Shown one piece after another: positions 1 through 10,324 of a stretch of DNA of 64,000 nt. A program made the position numbers and the translations under genes. Origin of the DNA: Octopus vulgaris (Eukaryota); NCBI GenBank assembly GCA_951406725.2, contig OX597820.1, positions 77,128,001-77,192,000 on the forward strand, read 5' to 3'. The stretch's first letter is position 1. The number at the start of each line of letters is the position of its first letter. The notes under the pieces were generated by a model. The model saw only the letters and a list, made by a program, of their open reading frames with translations, was not told the DNA's origin and made no database searches.

Positions 1-700
1 ATACCATGTCGTAGTCTGAGAGGAGAGTTTTTTCAACTGAAATAATGTGAACGAAGCTAGAGTGATTGGTCAATACCAGATCCAAGATCGTTTTATTCTG
101 TCTCGTTGGTTCGAGCACTAGCTGAGTCAGGAAATATTCATCCATTAGATTAAAGAGCAGTTCTGCTGCTGCTCTATCTGATGTAGAGCATTTGCCTAAC
201 TTCAGAGTATTTGTGGGCCAGTTCACATGAGGGAGGTTAAAATCACCCATCACTAGTATGTTTCCGGAGTGGTACTTCCGAAGGATGGACTTGACTTTGC
301 TAAGGCTCTCTTCAAAGCACTATAGACGTGCTTGGGGAGGCCTGTAAAGACCATCAATGATTATGTCCTTGGCCTTGCTGAATAGGGATATCGATTCATA
401 GTAGCCATTGGAAAATATGTCCTTGGCATCAAGTGAAAAGGAGTCATGGATAAAGATGGCTGTCCCTCCCTTATTTCGGTCTGTGCGATCCGCACGAACA
501 ATGGTGAAATCTTTTATTTTCATCTCCGCGTCCATATGGGTGTTGTTCAGGTGAGTCTCGGTAAGGATAAAGAAAGGGAAGCAATGTGCCGTTTCGGCAA
601 GCCAACTCTCTATATATGGGATCTTCCATTTTGGGGCAATAATTGATGGGTTGATGCCACGTACATTTAACAGGAATGTCGAGGTAAGGGAAGTTTGATG
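1..700 (-). pseudogene. LINE ORF2 apurinic/apyrimidinic-type endonuclease domain with an in-frame stop at 320-322
   Basis: Reading through the TAG gives CFEESLSKVKSILRKYHSGNILVMGDFNLPHVNW...EPTRQNKTILDLVLTN...LLSDYDMV. Confidence 0.85.
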
Positions 701-952
701 TTTGCATTGTTCTAAGTTATGTTTTATGTTGTTCAGTGGTAACAATGTGGGTAGTTCTTGTATGGAGCTGTGTGTGTATGGTTTTCTTGTTGGTAGTGGG
801 TGTGTGGTCCTTGTGATTTGCATAGGTGGTTGTTGATAGCTCGTTGGATCTCCTGGCTTAGGTCGGCCTTCATATTTTCTAGGTAATTCAGTAAAAAAGA
901 GTTACCTCTTTGGTTTGTCACTTGGTCAGAGGATACATATTTCATGTTGGTG

Positions 953-1915
953 TTATTTGGTGTTATGGTTTTTTTCATGGTTCTGTCTACGTTGTTTGAT
1001 TGTAGGAGGGGAAACGTGGTTGTATTTTGTTCTTCTTGTTGTCGTAGATTTCTTCTGTTGCTGTTTATATTGATTTTGTGATCGTTTTGTGTCCTTCAGA
1101 TGGTGGTGGTTCCATTCTGGGTTCAGGCACATCCTGTGTGACATAGAAGTTTGGCCCAGTTTAGGATGGAAGAAGGTGCATCCATTGCCTTTTGTGCATC
1201 CATATTTGGGATCAGGACCATGGACTCTGTATTTAGGACAGTATTTGGGGTGGAGGTGAGGGCAGTTTTTTCCCGTTATACCATATGGACAGGTGCCCTT
1301 AACAAGTCTACGACATAAGGTAAGATGGGAAAAAGCACAGTGTCCATTGTTGTTGGTGCCGCTGGGGCCAAATCTACAGCTGCCTTGAGAATAGTAACGA
1401 CAGGGTGTTTTATGTAGGTGTAGTAGTGGTTTTTCTATTCTGGCTGTAGTAGCAGTAGCAGAGTGTTGTTGTTGTTGTTGTTGCTGTAGCAGCAGTGAAA
1501 CTTGACTTGGGTCGTTAGGTACTGGTTCCAATGTAGTGGCAGAAGCAGGCTGTTGTTTTTGTGGTAGTGGGTTCTGGCTTGCCAGAATGGGCGGAATTAG
1601 GTCAGATGTTTGTTGCTGGCTATCGGGTCGTTGAAGTGACCCCTGACCTGTTGGTGTTGGGTCATTTGGTGCACTGCATTCATTGGCAAGAATGGCTTCT
1701 AGTGTTGCCATGTGCGTGTGGGAAATAGGAAATATTCTTTTAATCTCTTTTATTTTATTTTCGATCTGTTTTACAGATCTTTGAAAGGATTGTTTCGCTA
1801 AGTTTTCAGCTATTTTACTGTAAACATTAGCTTCGTTGTGGTGAGTGAACCAAGCGTTTATCATTGCAGTAATTTCATTTTCAACCCAGTGGCATTTTTT
1901 AATATTATTGGCCAT
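953..1915 (-). pseudogene. LINE ORF1: N-terminal Myb/SANT-like (trihelix) domain, Q/P-rich linker, tandem CCCH-type zinc fingers; C-terminus continues by frameshift into 733-978
   Basis: Likely start MANNIKKCHW at 1915. The pattern W..NEI.AMINAW...VYSKIAENLAKQSFQRSVKQIENKIKEIKR fits Myb/SANT-like. Fingers are CRYYSQGSCRFG..CAFSH, CRRLVKGTCPYG..CPHLH and CPKYRVHG..CTKGNGCTFFH. A helical tail FLLNYLENMKADLSQEIQRAI lies in the other frame. Confidence 0.75.
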
Positions 1916-2015
1916 ATTCAGTGGGACAGTATTATACACTGTACGCCAGTTATTGATGTCTTGATGTAAAATAGTGAATACACCGTTGGAAAGTTTGTGT
2001 CGATATATTCGGAAA

Positions 2016-2068
<53 letters not shown>

Positions 2069-2409
2069 GTGCATTTAGTGACACGCATGGATATAGATGT
2101 GTATGTTTTATTTTCGGAATGCATTTATTACTTCCATATATTTCAGATGGATTCTATTTAGGAATAAAAATATATTTCAAGAAATATTTAAATTGCATTT
2201 ACTCCGCTTGCAAATTCAACAGGAAAACTAATGGTATTATGGCGTGCTCGAAAATAACCGCGAATATAATTTGAAATGTATAAGTTTTTATGCCAATAAT
2301 TATAAGCATGCTCATTTTCATCATTCATAATACTTATGTATATATATTCAGTTTAGATTTGTAACGTTAGATTAATCAATTACAATTTTCAGTGTCCATG
2401 TATTCATAC

Positions 2410-2503
<94 letters not shown>

Positions 2504-2889
2504 ACACACACACACAATTGTCAGAATCTCTTTGCATTGAGTTCAACAAAGTAAAATAGTACGTGGCCGACCACAGGAGACGTGGCGGAGAACAATAATA
2601 AAAGGAACATAAAATCAGAACGTTAACAATGAAACAAATTTTCAAGGATGCTTTAAGTGTTAGAGGTACAGACTTTTGTAGAGTTATACTGTAGAAGATA
2701 CTTCGTTTGGTAGACCCTAGTTTAGGTAATATACGCGAAGTAATAACAAGGGCAAATTCATAGTTTTCGCTGGTACGCCTCTAATTTAATTAAATAACAA
2801 AGAACTTAAAGTAAAGTCGTACCTGCAAAACGACGCGTTTTCCCTTGTTATTTACATCCATTTTCTTCTGGTATATATATATAAATCCT

Positions 2890-4060
2890 TAAAATCCTTA
2901 AAAGTGTTTTAGCCCGAAGGCCGCGGCAATGCTGGGGTACCACCGCTGAATGAGCTACACTAATATGTGAATCCACCTCTGATACGTGGCACTTGATCAA
3001 CAAGGGAGTTCGATGCCGCTGCCCGCATCTGTGTCTCCTGTCGTGAGGTAGGTTCATCTGGGACTCCCGACAAGAAGAGATCCAGTTTAGTTTTAAAGAA
3101 ACCCACATCCACACCATGTAAGTCTCTCAGTCATTTAGGGAGGATGTTAATGAGCTGTGGTCCTCTGAAACTCAAGCTGTGGCAGTATCTTGACCTGTAT
3201 TTTGATGGTGATGTTGGAATCTTTGGCACCATGCAGTGGCGCCCCGTTCTGCGGTTGGGGTAACTTTGAATGCCAAAGTTTGGGACAAGAACCTCTTGGA
3301 TTTTCCAGATGATACAATTTGAGTGTCACTCGCTGAGTTTGAATATAACAACAGGATCTGGGGCGTGAAGTCATATCGGATGTACATTGCAACTCCACCA
3401 TGGCTCCTCCCTTTTCTATCTGAGCGTAATACTGCATATTGCGGCATGTGTATTTCTGCATCCCCTATATCTGGTCCAAGATGCGTTTCTGTGAGTGCCA
3501 TGCATATAGCTTGATTGCATGTCACAAGGTCTCTCAGGAATCAGATTTTCCTTTTACAGTTGCCGCGCAGTAGCCCTCCTACGTTCAGTAGAAATATTTT
3601 TGTGGTGTGTGTGTTGGTGTCTGTGGTGGCCATCCTGCATCTGTTGGTGGTGGCCTTATGTGGTGGTAGTTCCAGCTTTGTCCTTGTAGCCAGGTCAGCT
3701 GCTGAACAATTTTTTGTGCCATGCACAAGATGGCTGTTCAGCTGCTGCCCTTCTCACATCTGGGTGAAGCTGGCCATTTGTTGGGTTACCGCGCACTACA
3801 TCCGCATATCGTCTTTCAGGAGTGGTCAGTGCGCTATTTTTCCTTCTTTATATTTTTCTTTTTCTTTATCTATTTGTTCTCCCCGAGGGAGAGATTTTTG
3901 TCTCGTGTCCATGCGGTGTTGGTAGGGCTTCTGATGTGCAAAGCGACAGTTTGCACCTTCGACGCCGTGCCAGCAGTCTCCCTTCAGGTAGAATTTGCAG
4001 ATGTTTCTGCCTTTGCTCTTATAGTTCTTAGTCATATATCTAACTGTACACCATACAAGA
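2890..4060 (-). mobile_element. Internally deleted CR1/L2-group LINE: CCCH ORF1, APE N-terminus fused to the ORF2 C-terminus, and 3' tail
   Basis: ORF1 has ICKFYLKGDCWHGVEGANCRFAH and RYADVVRG. APE motifs are IFLLNVGG, LTETHL and RSDRKGRSHGGVAMYI. At ~3310 the sequence jumps to IWKIQEVLVPNFGI...GPQLINILP...FKTKLDLFLSGVPDEP...AASNSL, then the tail GGTACCCCAGCATTGCCGCGGCCTTCGGGCTAAAAC. Confidence 0.8.
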
Positions 4061-4424
4061 TATACACATATATATATATATGCGTGAACACTCACACACA
4101 TACATATAGACATATTTATGTGTGGGTCTTTGTGCTTTGTTTTAGCCACACGCCACAGCTTGGCAGCCATTGTTCGTTTCATTACGTTTGCGTAACCTAG
4201 CATGGCGGCACAGCGTTCAACCATGTAAGCATGAAAGTATTTATGATCTAAACCCTTTTTTCTGTAGATACCTGATGCTACAACGATGCCAAATAGTGCC
4301 CCTTTTCATGACATGTCGCTACTAGTTATTAGTAAACTGACATCTGCCTGTTCCTCGAAGAGTAAGATGTCAATATGTCAAGAAAGAACCAATGCATTTA
4401 TTTATAAGAAGTGTGATTATTACT

Positions 4425-4635
4425 ACTTTCTGCTATAGGAACAAGGCCTGAAATTTGGGGGAGGATGTTAGTCGATTAGATCGACCCAAGGGTTTTGCTG
4501 GTACTTAATTTATCGACCCCAAAAGGATGAAAGCTGTGTCGACATCGGTGGAAATTCAACTCAGAACGTAGCGATGGGTGAAATATACTTAGCATTTCGT
4601 CCAGCGTGCTAACGATTCTGCCTGCTCGCCGTCTT
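4425..4635 (-). mobile_element. tRNA-derived SINE, family A (head AAGGCGGCGAGCTGGCAGAA...GAGTTCAAATTCC; central CTTTCATCCTTTCGGGGTCGATAAA domain)
   Basis: Matches more than 10 other copies in the window; A- and B-box-like motifs in the head. Confidence 0.8.
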
Positions 4636-6061
4636 AAGTGTAGTAATGCATGGACGATTTCACAACTCTAACGTCACATCTTCCTAGTGGGCCTATCAAG
4701 TTCTTCGGGTCAAATTTAAGGTATCATGGTTCAATATTATACTGTACTGTGGAATATATCCATCATATATTTTAGCCAGTATTATGTGTCTAATCAGATA
4801 TAACATCAATTTTCATATGCTGTAAATATTCTTTGGGTCAATATTCGTGATGACCGAAAAAGTTTCCATCCGTTAACTTAAATTTCTTAACACATTAGAG
4901 ATGATTATCTCTTTTACACACACTTTCCAGCAGCATGTCACTATGTCTGCATTTGTCTGAGCATAGAATGCGCATAGGAGATCTAGAAATCTAGAAATAT
5001 ATTTGTATTCAGAGTGCACACAGTCCTGTAATTGGTTGCGCACACTCGGCTCTAGTGCACTTATATATATAGAGTGATAGATATATATGTGTGTTTGTAT
5101 GTGATGTTTATATATGTGTATGTGTGTTGTTGGAAAGCCAGTCGTATGTGTGTGTATTTATATATCCACGCATATATGTGGATTTTATTGTCATCAGTCG
5201 TTGCGCGCATGAATGTCTATACCGGTCGGTGTGAATATTTCAACAAGCATGGTTATTTTAATGAACACTTCTCTACAAACTTACTCCTTTGTTAACCGAT
5301 TCTACGATATTTGTTAATCGAAAAGTCTACTTAGCGTCACTGATTGCAACTGTCTCTTGAAACACTAAATCAAACAAACAACTTGATTTAACACGACTTG
5401 TAATTTTTAAAAACATTTCCAACAATCCAAAGAGGAGTCAATATTTCTGTCTGCAAAGTAGGAGGTTATCTCCCACGAAGTCTAGTCTCTAAGCCTTGTA
5501 TTGAATCTAGTTGAAGTGAATTCACTTTACAAATGACTCTAATGTTGTTACGAAAAATCATTGGCTTTAACGTTCAATTTCCCCTTCTTTATCAAGACTA
5601 GTCTTTATTTCTACGTAAGGAGTCAATAAACGTGTCTGTTTGTCACCTTGTTTATGAACATTCATCCATTTATTCATTAAAATCCTGTACAAAACATTAA
5701 TACAATAATCATACACACTACGGCTGTCCACAACACATTAAATACGCAGTTTATTATTTTCAAAAGCTTTAAAAAAAATCAATTTTAGAGATATAAAGCA
5801 GAAAAAATAAAAGGTATAAAAATATTATTCAACAAAATATGGCAAATAACTCACTTCAACAGATTTCTAAAAGATATTTTTTTCAACTTTTACATTAGAT
5901 AAAAGGGAAATTAGTAGGAACGAGAGTAAACAATTTTAGATATGTGCGTTTAAATGTCCGTGTGTATGTGTACGATTGGGCATGTGTCCCGCTGTTCGCG
6001 AGAATAAGTGTCTAGACACACACACACATATTAGTAACTAAACACAGCCATTTATATCTAT

Positions 6062-6106
<45 letters not shown>

Positions 6107-6557
6107 AACATATGTGCTTGTGTATATATATATATATATGGATCTATGCATGTGTGAGCGCGTATTTGTGTTTGTGTATGAATATATTATGCATTATTTT
6201 GCATATAGATCTATATCTCAGCAGTTACAATGTTATTGGCGAAGTTAAGACTGGAAGTAAAATGGTAAAATAGTAACATTTTCCAAGAGATTAAATTCCC
6301 GGTGAATCTGTGTCTATAAGACTGGAAAATATTCATGCGCACAAATATTTAGAACTAAAACGCAATAAAATCAAGATATAAACCATACAACAACAAATAT
6401 TAAAGATGACACGAACACATATAGGTGTATATACACAGCCACATGAGAAAATATCTACATAACATTGCTTTGTAATAATACTTCGGATCACTGGAGTGTA
6501 GTCTTCAATGGTAATGTAGAGATAAGACTAAGGAATATTGTTCATGTTAATATAACG

Positions 6558-6937
6558 TCCTTCAGCTTTTGGTGGTAATCCGTCGGTGACGACGACGAGG
6601 GTTCCAGTTGATCCAATCAACAACCTGCTCGTGAAATTAACGTGCAAGTGGCTGAGCATCCCACAGAGACGTGTGCTCTTAACGTAGTTCTCAAGGAGAT
6701 TCAGTGTGATACAGAGTGTGACAAGACCGGCCCTTTGAAATACAGGTACAACAGAAACAGGAAGAAAGTGTGAAAGTTGTGGTGAAAGAGTACAGCAGTG
6801 TTCGCCACCCCCACCCCCTGTCGTAGCCACATAGAGCAGAGCTTTAGGCGTTTTCGATCAATAAACACACACAATGCCCGGTCTGGGAATCGAAACCGCG
6901 AGTCGACTGCCCTAACCATTGGGCCATTACGCCTCCA
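6558..6937 (-). mobile_element. tRNA-derived SINE, family C (head GGAGGCGCAATGGCCCAGTGGTTAGGG; central TTGCACGTTAATTTCACGAGCAGG)
   Basis: Colinear with a second copy at 32235-32600; B-box GGTTTCGATTCCC. Confidence 0.8.
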
Positions 6938-6952
6938 TATATACATATATAC

Positions 6953-7011
<59 letters not shown>

Positions 7012-7385
7012 TATGTATGTATATATATATACACACACACACACACACAGTTCTCAACTAATTCTCTAATATAATTATATCATGCAATCGCGTGAGTGAT
7101 AAGAGTATTGGACGTTGTTATATATGTCGCTGGTTACAATGTTCTTTGCATCGTTTAACTTTCGAATGATTCCGCATCGCTAGCTAGGTAAATAGGCCAG
7201 CATCGCGCGTAGTTGGAAGGCTACTCCATCACATGATTATCCATTGACAGCCGAGAGAACTGGGGCGACACCATGCTCGAAGGCAATTCGCAGCCCATCT
7301 GTGAATTTAAACCATAGTCTCATGCCTAATATCTGGGCCACGCTTTAACGGGTTTCCACAAAGTAAAGTATGGTTTTGGAGAAAT

Positions 7386-8113
7386 CCTTTCTATTCTAGG
7401 CACAAGGCCCGAAATTTTGAGGGAGGAGGCCAGTCGATTAGATCGACCCTAGTACGCAATGTCGACCTAGGAGGGGAATAAACTCAGATCACAAAGACAA
7501 ACGATATAACGCTAAGTATTTCGCCGACGTGCTAACGTTTCTGCCATCTCGCCTCCTTAATATGGTTTTCGAGAAATAAATAACCTTTTCTACTCTAGGC
7601 ACAGGGCCGAAAATTTTGGGGGAAGTGGGGGCCGTCAATTATATCAACGCCAGCACACAACTGGTAATCAATTTATCGACCCCGAAAGGATGAAGGGCAA
7701 AGTCGGCCTCGGAGGAATTTGAATTCAGAACATAAAGACAGACGATATACCGCAAAGCATTTCGTCCGGCGTGCTAACGTTTCTTATTTCTTTATTGCCC
7801 GCAAGGGGCTAAACATAGAGGTGACAAACAAGGACAGACAAAGGGATTAAGTCGCTTATATTGACCCCAGTGAGTGACAGGTACCTAATTTATCGTTCCC
7901 AAAAGGATGGAAGGCAAAGTCGACCTCGGCGGAATTAGAACTCAGAACGTAACGGCAGACGAAATACCTATTTCTTTACTACCCACAAGGTGCGAAACAC
8001 AGAAGGGACAAACAAGGACACACAAATGGATTAAGTCGATTACATCGACACCAGTGCGTAACTGGTACTTAATTCATCGACCCCGAAAGGATGAAAGGCC
8101 AGCTCGCCGCCTT
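7386..8113 (-). mobile_element. Cluster of four family-A SINE units, two in tandem and two nested, with repeated target-site duplications
   Basis: Units lie at ~7386-7558, 7584-7783, 7784-7968 and 7969-8098, with the head remnant at 8099-8113. The flank TATGGTTTT(G/C)GAGAAAT occurs at 7369, 7561 and 8116. Confidence 0.8.
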
Positions 8114-8352
8114 GGTATGGTTTTGGAGAAATAAATAACAGCACTAACATTATTCATGTGATGAGCATTGAGGATATATTTGCACTCCCTTAACTTTAGC
8201 CACAGCAAGTCTGTAATATTTCATGATTAAATTTTTCAAATGTGTGGAGATCAGTAATATCTTTGCTCTTGTCTGTGTAGTTTGTTTTTATTGATTGACG
8301 CTTTTAGAGACTATTGTGATCGTTTAAAAATTAACGATAAATCAGTAACATT

Positions 8353-8400
<48 letters not shown>

Positions 8401-8431
8401 TATATATGAATATAGAGTCTGATATTTCAAT

Positions 8432-8490
8432 CACCTGAAGATTGACTGTAACCATAACTCGGATTGAACAGCCATGATACGATCGTAGTG
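8432..8490 (+). ncRNA. Degenerate type I hammerhead ribozyme motif in a Penelope-like terminal repeat
   Basis: CAC CTGAAGA TTGACTGT..ACAGCCAT GATA CGATCG TA GTG. Stem I is CAC/GTG and stem III is the palindrome CGATCG, but the core GAAA is mutated to GATA. Confidence 0.5.
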
Positions 8491-8750
8491 TTTTACTCAT
8501 TATCTTTTATTAAACTTTTAATAATTTTGATATATATTTAAAATAATATAAATTAATTAATTTTATGTATTGGCTTAAGTTTTTCATTGTTTGATTTGCC
8601 TAATAGTGGTTTTATCTCTAATATAATATAATATATATATATATATATATTTAAATAATGAGGCAGATAAATTAATATTAATTTAAAACCAGTAGCCTAG
8701 CATACAAAAATCTGAAAAATCAGAGAAAATCCTAATACATGTGTATACTT

Positions 8751-9204
8751 AAAGGGCAAGACCGCTAGGTGGTCGGCCGTATGCTAGAAATAGATCACCA
8801 ACGATCAAACTAAAAAGAATGTTCTCTAGAGGAAAATTCAGCGAACACCAGAACAATTAGGCGGGCAAGCCTAGATAAAAATTATATAAAAAAAAACCAG
8901 AATTAATCACATACCGGCGGTTTCAACTATTAACAAAAGAATTACTTACATAATCCAAATGTCCGTAGTTTCGTCAGTGCGATCGTTTCGACAAATGTAA
9001 TTTGGAAAACTAACCCAAGCTTTCTGTGCCAAAACAGACACGTGTTTAATTTTACCGATTACATTAGGGATAATTTCAAATGTCTTAGTTCTGGCGCGCT
9101 AAAAATTCTGGAGGCAAATTTTCCTCTAGAGAACATTCTTTGTAGTTTGATCGTTGGTGATCTATTTCTAGCATACGGCCGACTACCTAGCGGTCTTGTC
9201 CTTT
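8751..9204. repeat. Fold-back element: ~88-bp inverted arms (8751-8838 / 9117-9204) around a hammerhead-containing spacer
   Basis: CAAGACCGCTAGGTGGTCGGCCGTATGCTAGAAATAGATCACCAACGATCAAACT versus its near-exact reverse complement; flanked by TA/CA microsatellites. Confidence 0.85.
8906..8983 (-). ncRNA. Type I hammerhead ribozyme motif with a long loop II
   Basis: Minus strand reads ATCGCA CTGACGA AACTA-(long loop)-TAGTT GAAA CCGCCGG TA TGTGAT. The core is intact, stems I and II pair, and the predicted cleavage triplet is GUA. Confidence 0.7.
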
Positions 9205-9230
9205 GAATATACACACACACACACACACAC

Positions 9231-9293
<63 letters not shown>

Positions 9294-9315
9294 GTTTGCA
9301 TGTATGTATGTATAC

Positions 9316-9373
<58 letters not shown>

Positions 9374-9388
9374 TTATATAAATATATA

Positions 9389-9768
9389 AGGCGCAGGAGT
9401 GGGTATGTGGTGTGTAGCTTGTTTACTAGCCACATGTTTCCAGGTTCTCTCCCACTATGTGGCATCTTGGACAAGTGTTTTCTACTATAGAATCGGACCG
9501 ACCAAAGCTTTGTAAGCGGATTTGTTAGACGGAAAGTGAAAGAAGTCTGTATTATATATGTGTGTGTTTGTATCTGTGCTTGTCCCCCACCAACGCTAGA
9601 CAAATCATGCTGGTGTGTTTACGTACCCGTAACTTACCGGTTCGGCAAAAGCGATAGATGTTATAAGTACTAGGCTTACAAAGAATAAGTCATGGGGTCG
9701 ATTTGTTTGACTACTGGCGGTAGTCCAGTATTGTCACAGTCAAGTGACTGAAAAAAGTAAAAGAATAT
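9389..9768 (+). mobile_element. Full-length tRNA-derived SINE, family B (GGCGCAGGAGTGGCTGTGTGGTAAG...; CORE-like CTTGGGCAAGTG; LINE-like 3' tail)
   Basis: Head, central part and tail GGCGGTAGTCCAGTATTGTCACAGTCAAGTGACTGAAA are present. Partial copies lie at ~14900-15085, 17480-17640, 41800-41955(-), 44428-44560, 51490-51570(-), 53445-53600(-), 54655-54840 and 62161-62318. Confidence 0.8.
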
Positions 9769-9783
9769 GAACTTATATATGTA

Positions 9784-9833
<50 letters not shown>

Positions 9834-9838
<5 letters not shown>

Positions 9839-10273
9839 GCATATATGCCATTTGAATATGGCTAACCCATAAGGGTGGATGCTACTGTAGTTTGTAGCCC
9901 CAGGAAGATATCTCCTCCAGCTGGCTATAGACATACTATCTGTGTCCTGTCAGTATTTGTGAAGTGGAGTCATCCTCCCCGTCTTCCACACATGATACAC
10001 ACGTACCCGAGTTTCAAGGTGTTTACCTTTCATCAGCGTGTGACAATCATGGTTGTCCATGAGAAGTCAGGTCCCTTCACAAATACATATACTTTTTCCA
10101 GTGTCGATTTGACACTGATATTGAAAAACTGAAATCAAACAATGATAAATCTCAGAGCGAGTTATAAACAGTAGCGGTAACACATCGTTATGCATATATG
10201 CCCATTTGAATATAGCTAACCCATAAGGGTGGATGCTACTGTAGTTTGTAGCCCCAGGAAGATATCTCCTCCA

Positions 10274-10275
<2 letters not shown>
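9834..10275 (-). mobile_element. Retrozyme-like non-coding element: ~354-bp unit plus an 85-86-bp terminal direct repeat, inserted in (TA)n
   Basis: 9837-9921 is repeated at 10190-10275. A canonical hammerhead lies inside, and (TA)n tracts flank both sides. Confidence 0.75.
9998..10042 (-). ncRNA. Canonical minimal type I hammerhead ribozyme
   Basis: Minus strand reads CACACG CTGATGA AAGGT AAAC ACCTT GAAA CTCGGG TA CGTGTG. It has a 6-bp stem I, a 5-bp stem II with tetraloop, all core nucleotides, a near-palindromic stem III and a GUA cleavage site. Confidence 0.85.

Positions 10276-10321
<46 letters not shown>

Positions 10322-10324
<3 letters not shown>

Larger units (their letters stand above)
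1..2015 (-). mobile_element. 5' part of a CR1/L2-group (Jockey-like superfamily) LINE: ORF1 plus APE endonuclease of ORF2, running off the window start
   Basis: ORF1 with CCCH fingers is followed by APE motifs LLNVRG, LTETHL, RADR..KGGTAIFI, YRPP, GDFNLP, LDLVLTN and SDY. The 5' side abuts a (TA)n tract at ~2019-2067. Confidence 0.85.

Noticed and set aside
1916-2074. N-terminal extension of the 373-aa ORF
   Set aside because: It begins in a (TA)n tract; the plausible ORF1 start is the ATG at 1915.
2745-2850. Short imperfect inverted repeat TAACAAGGG..GGTACG / CGTACC..CCCTTGTTA
   Set aside because: Too short and mismatched to call a MITE from a single copy.
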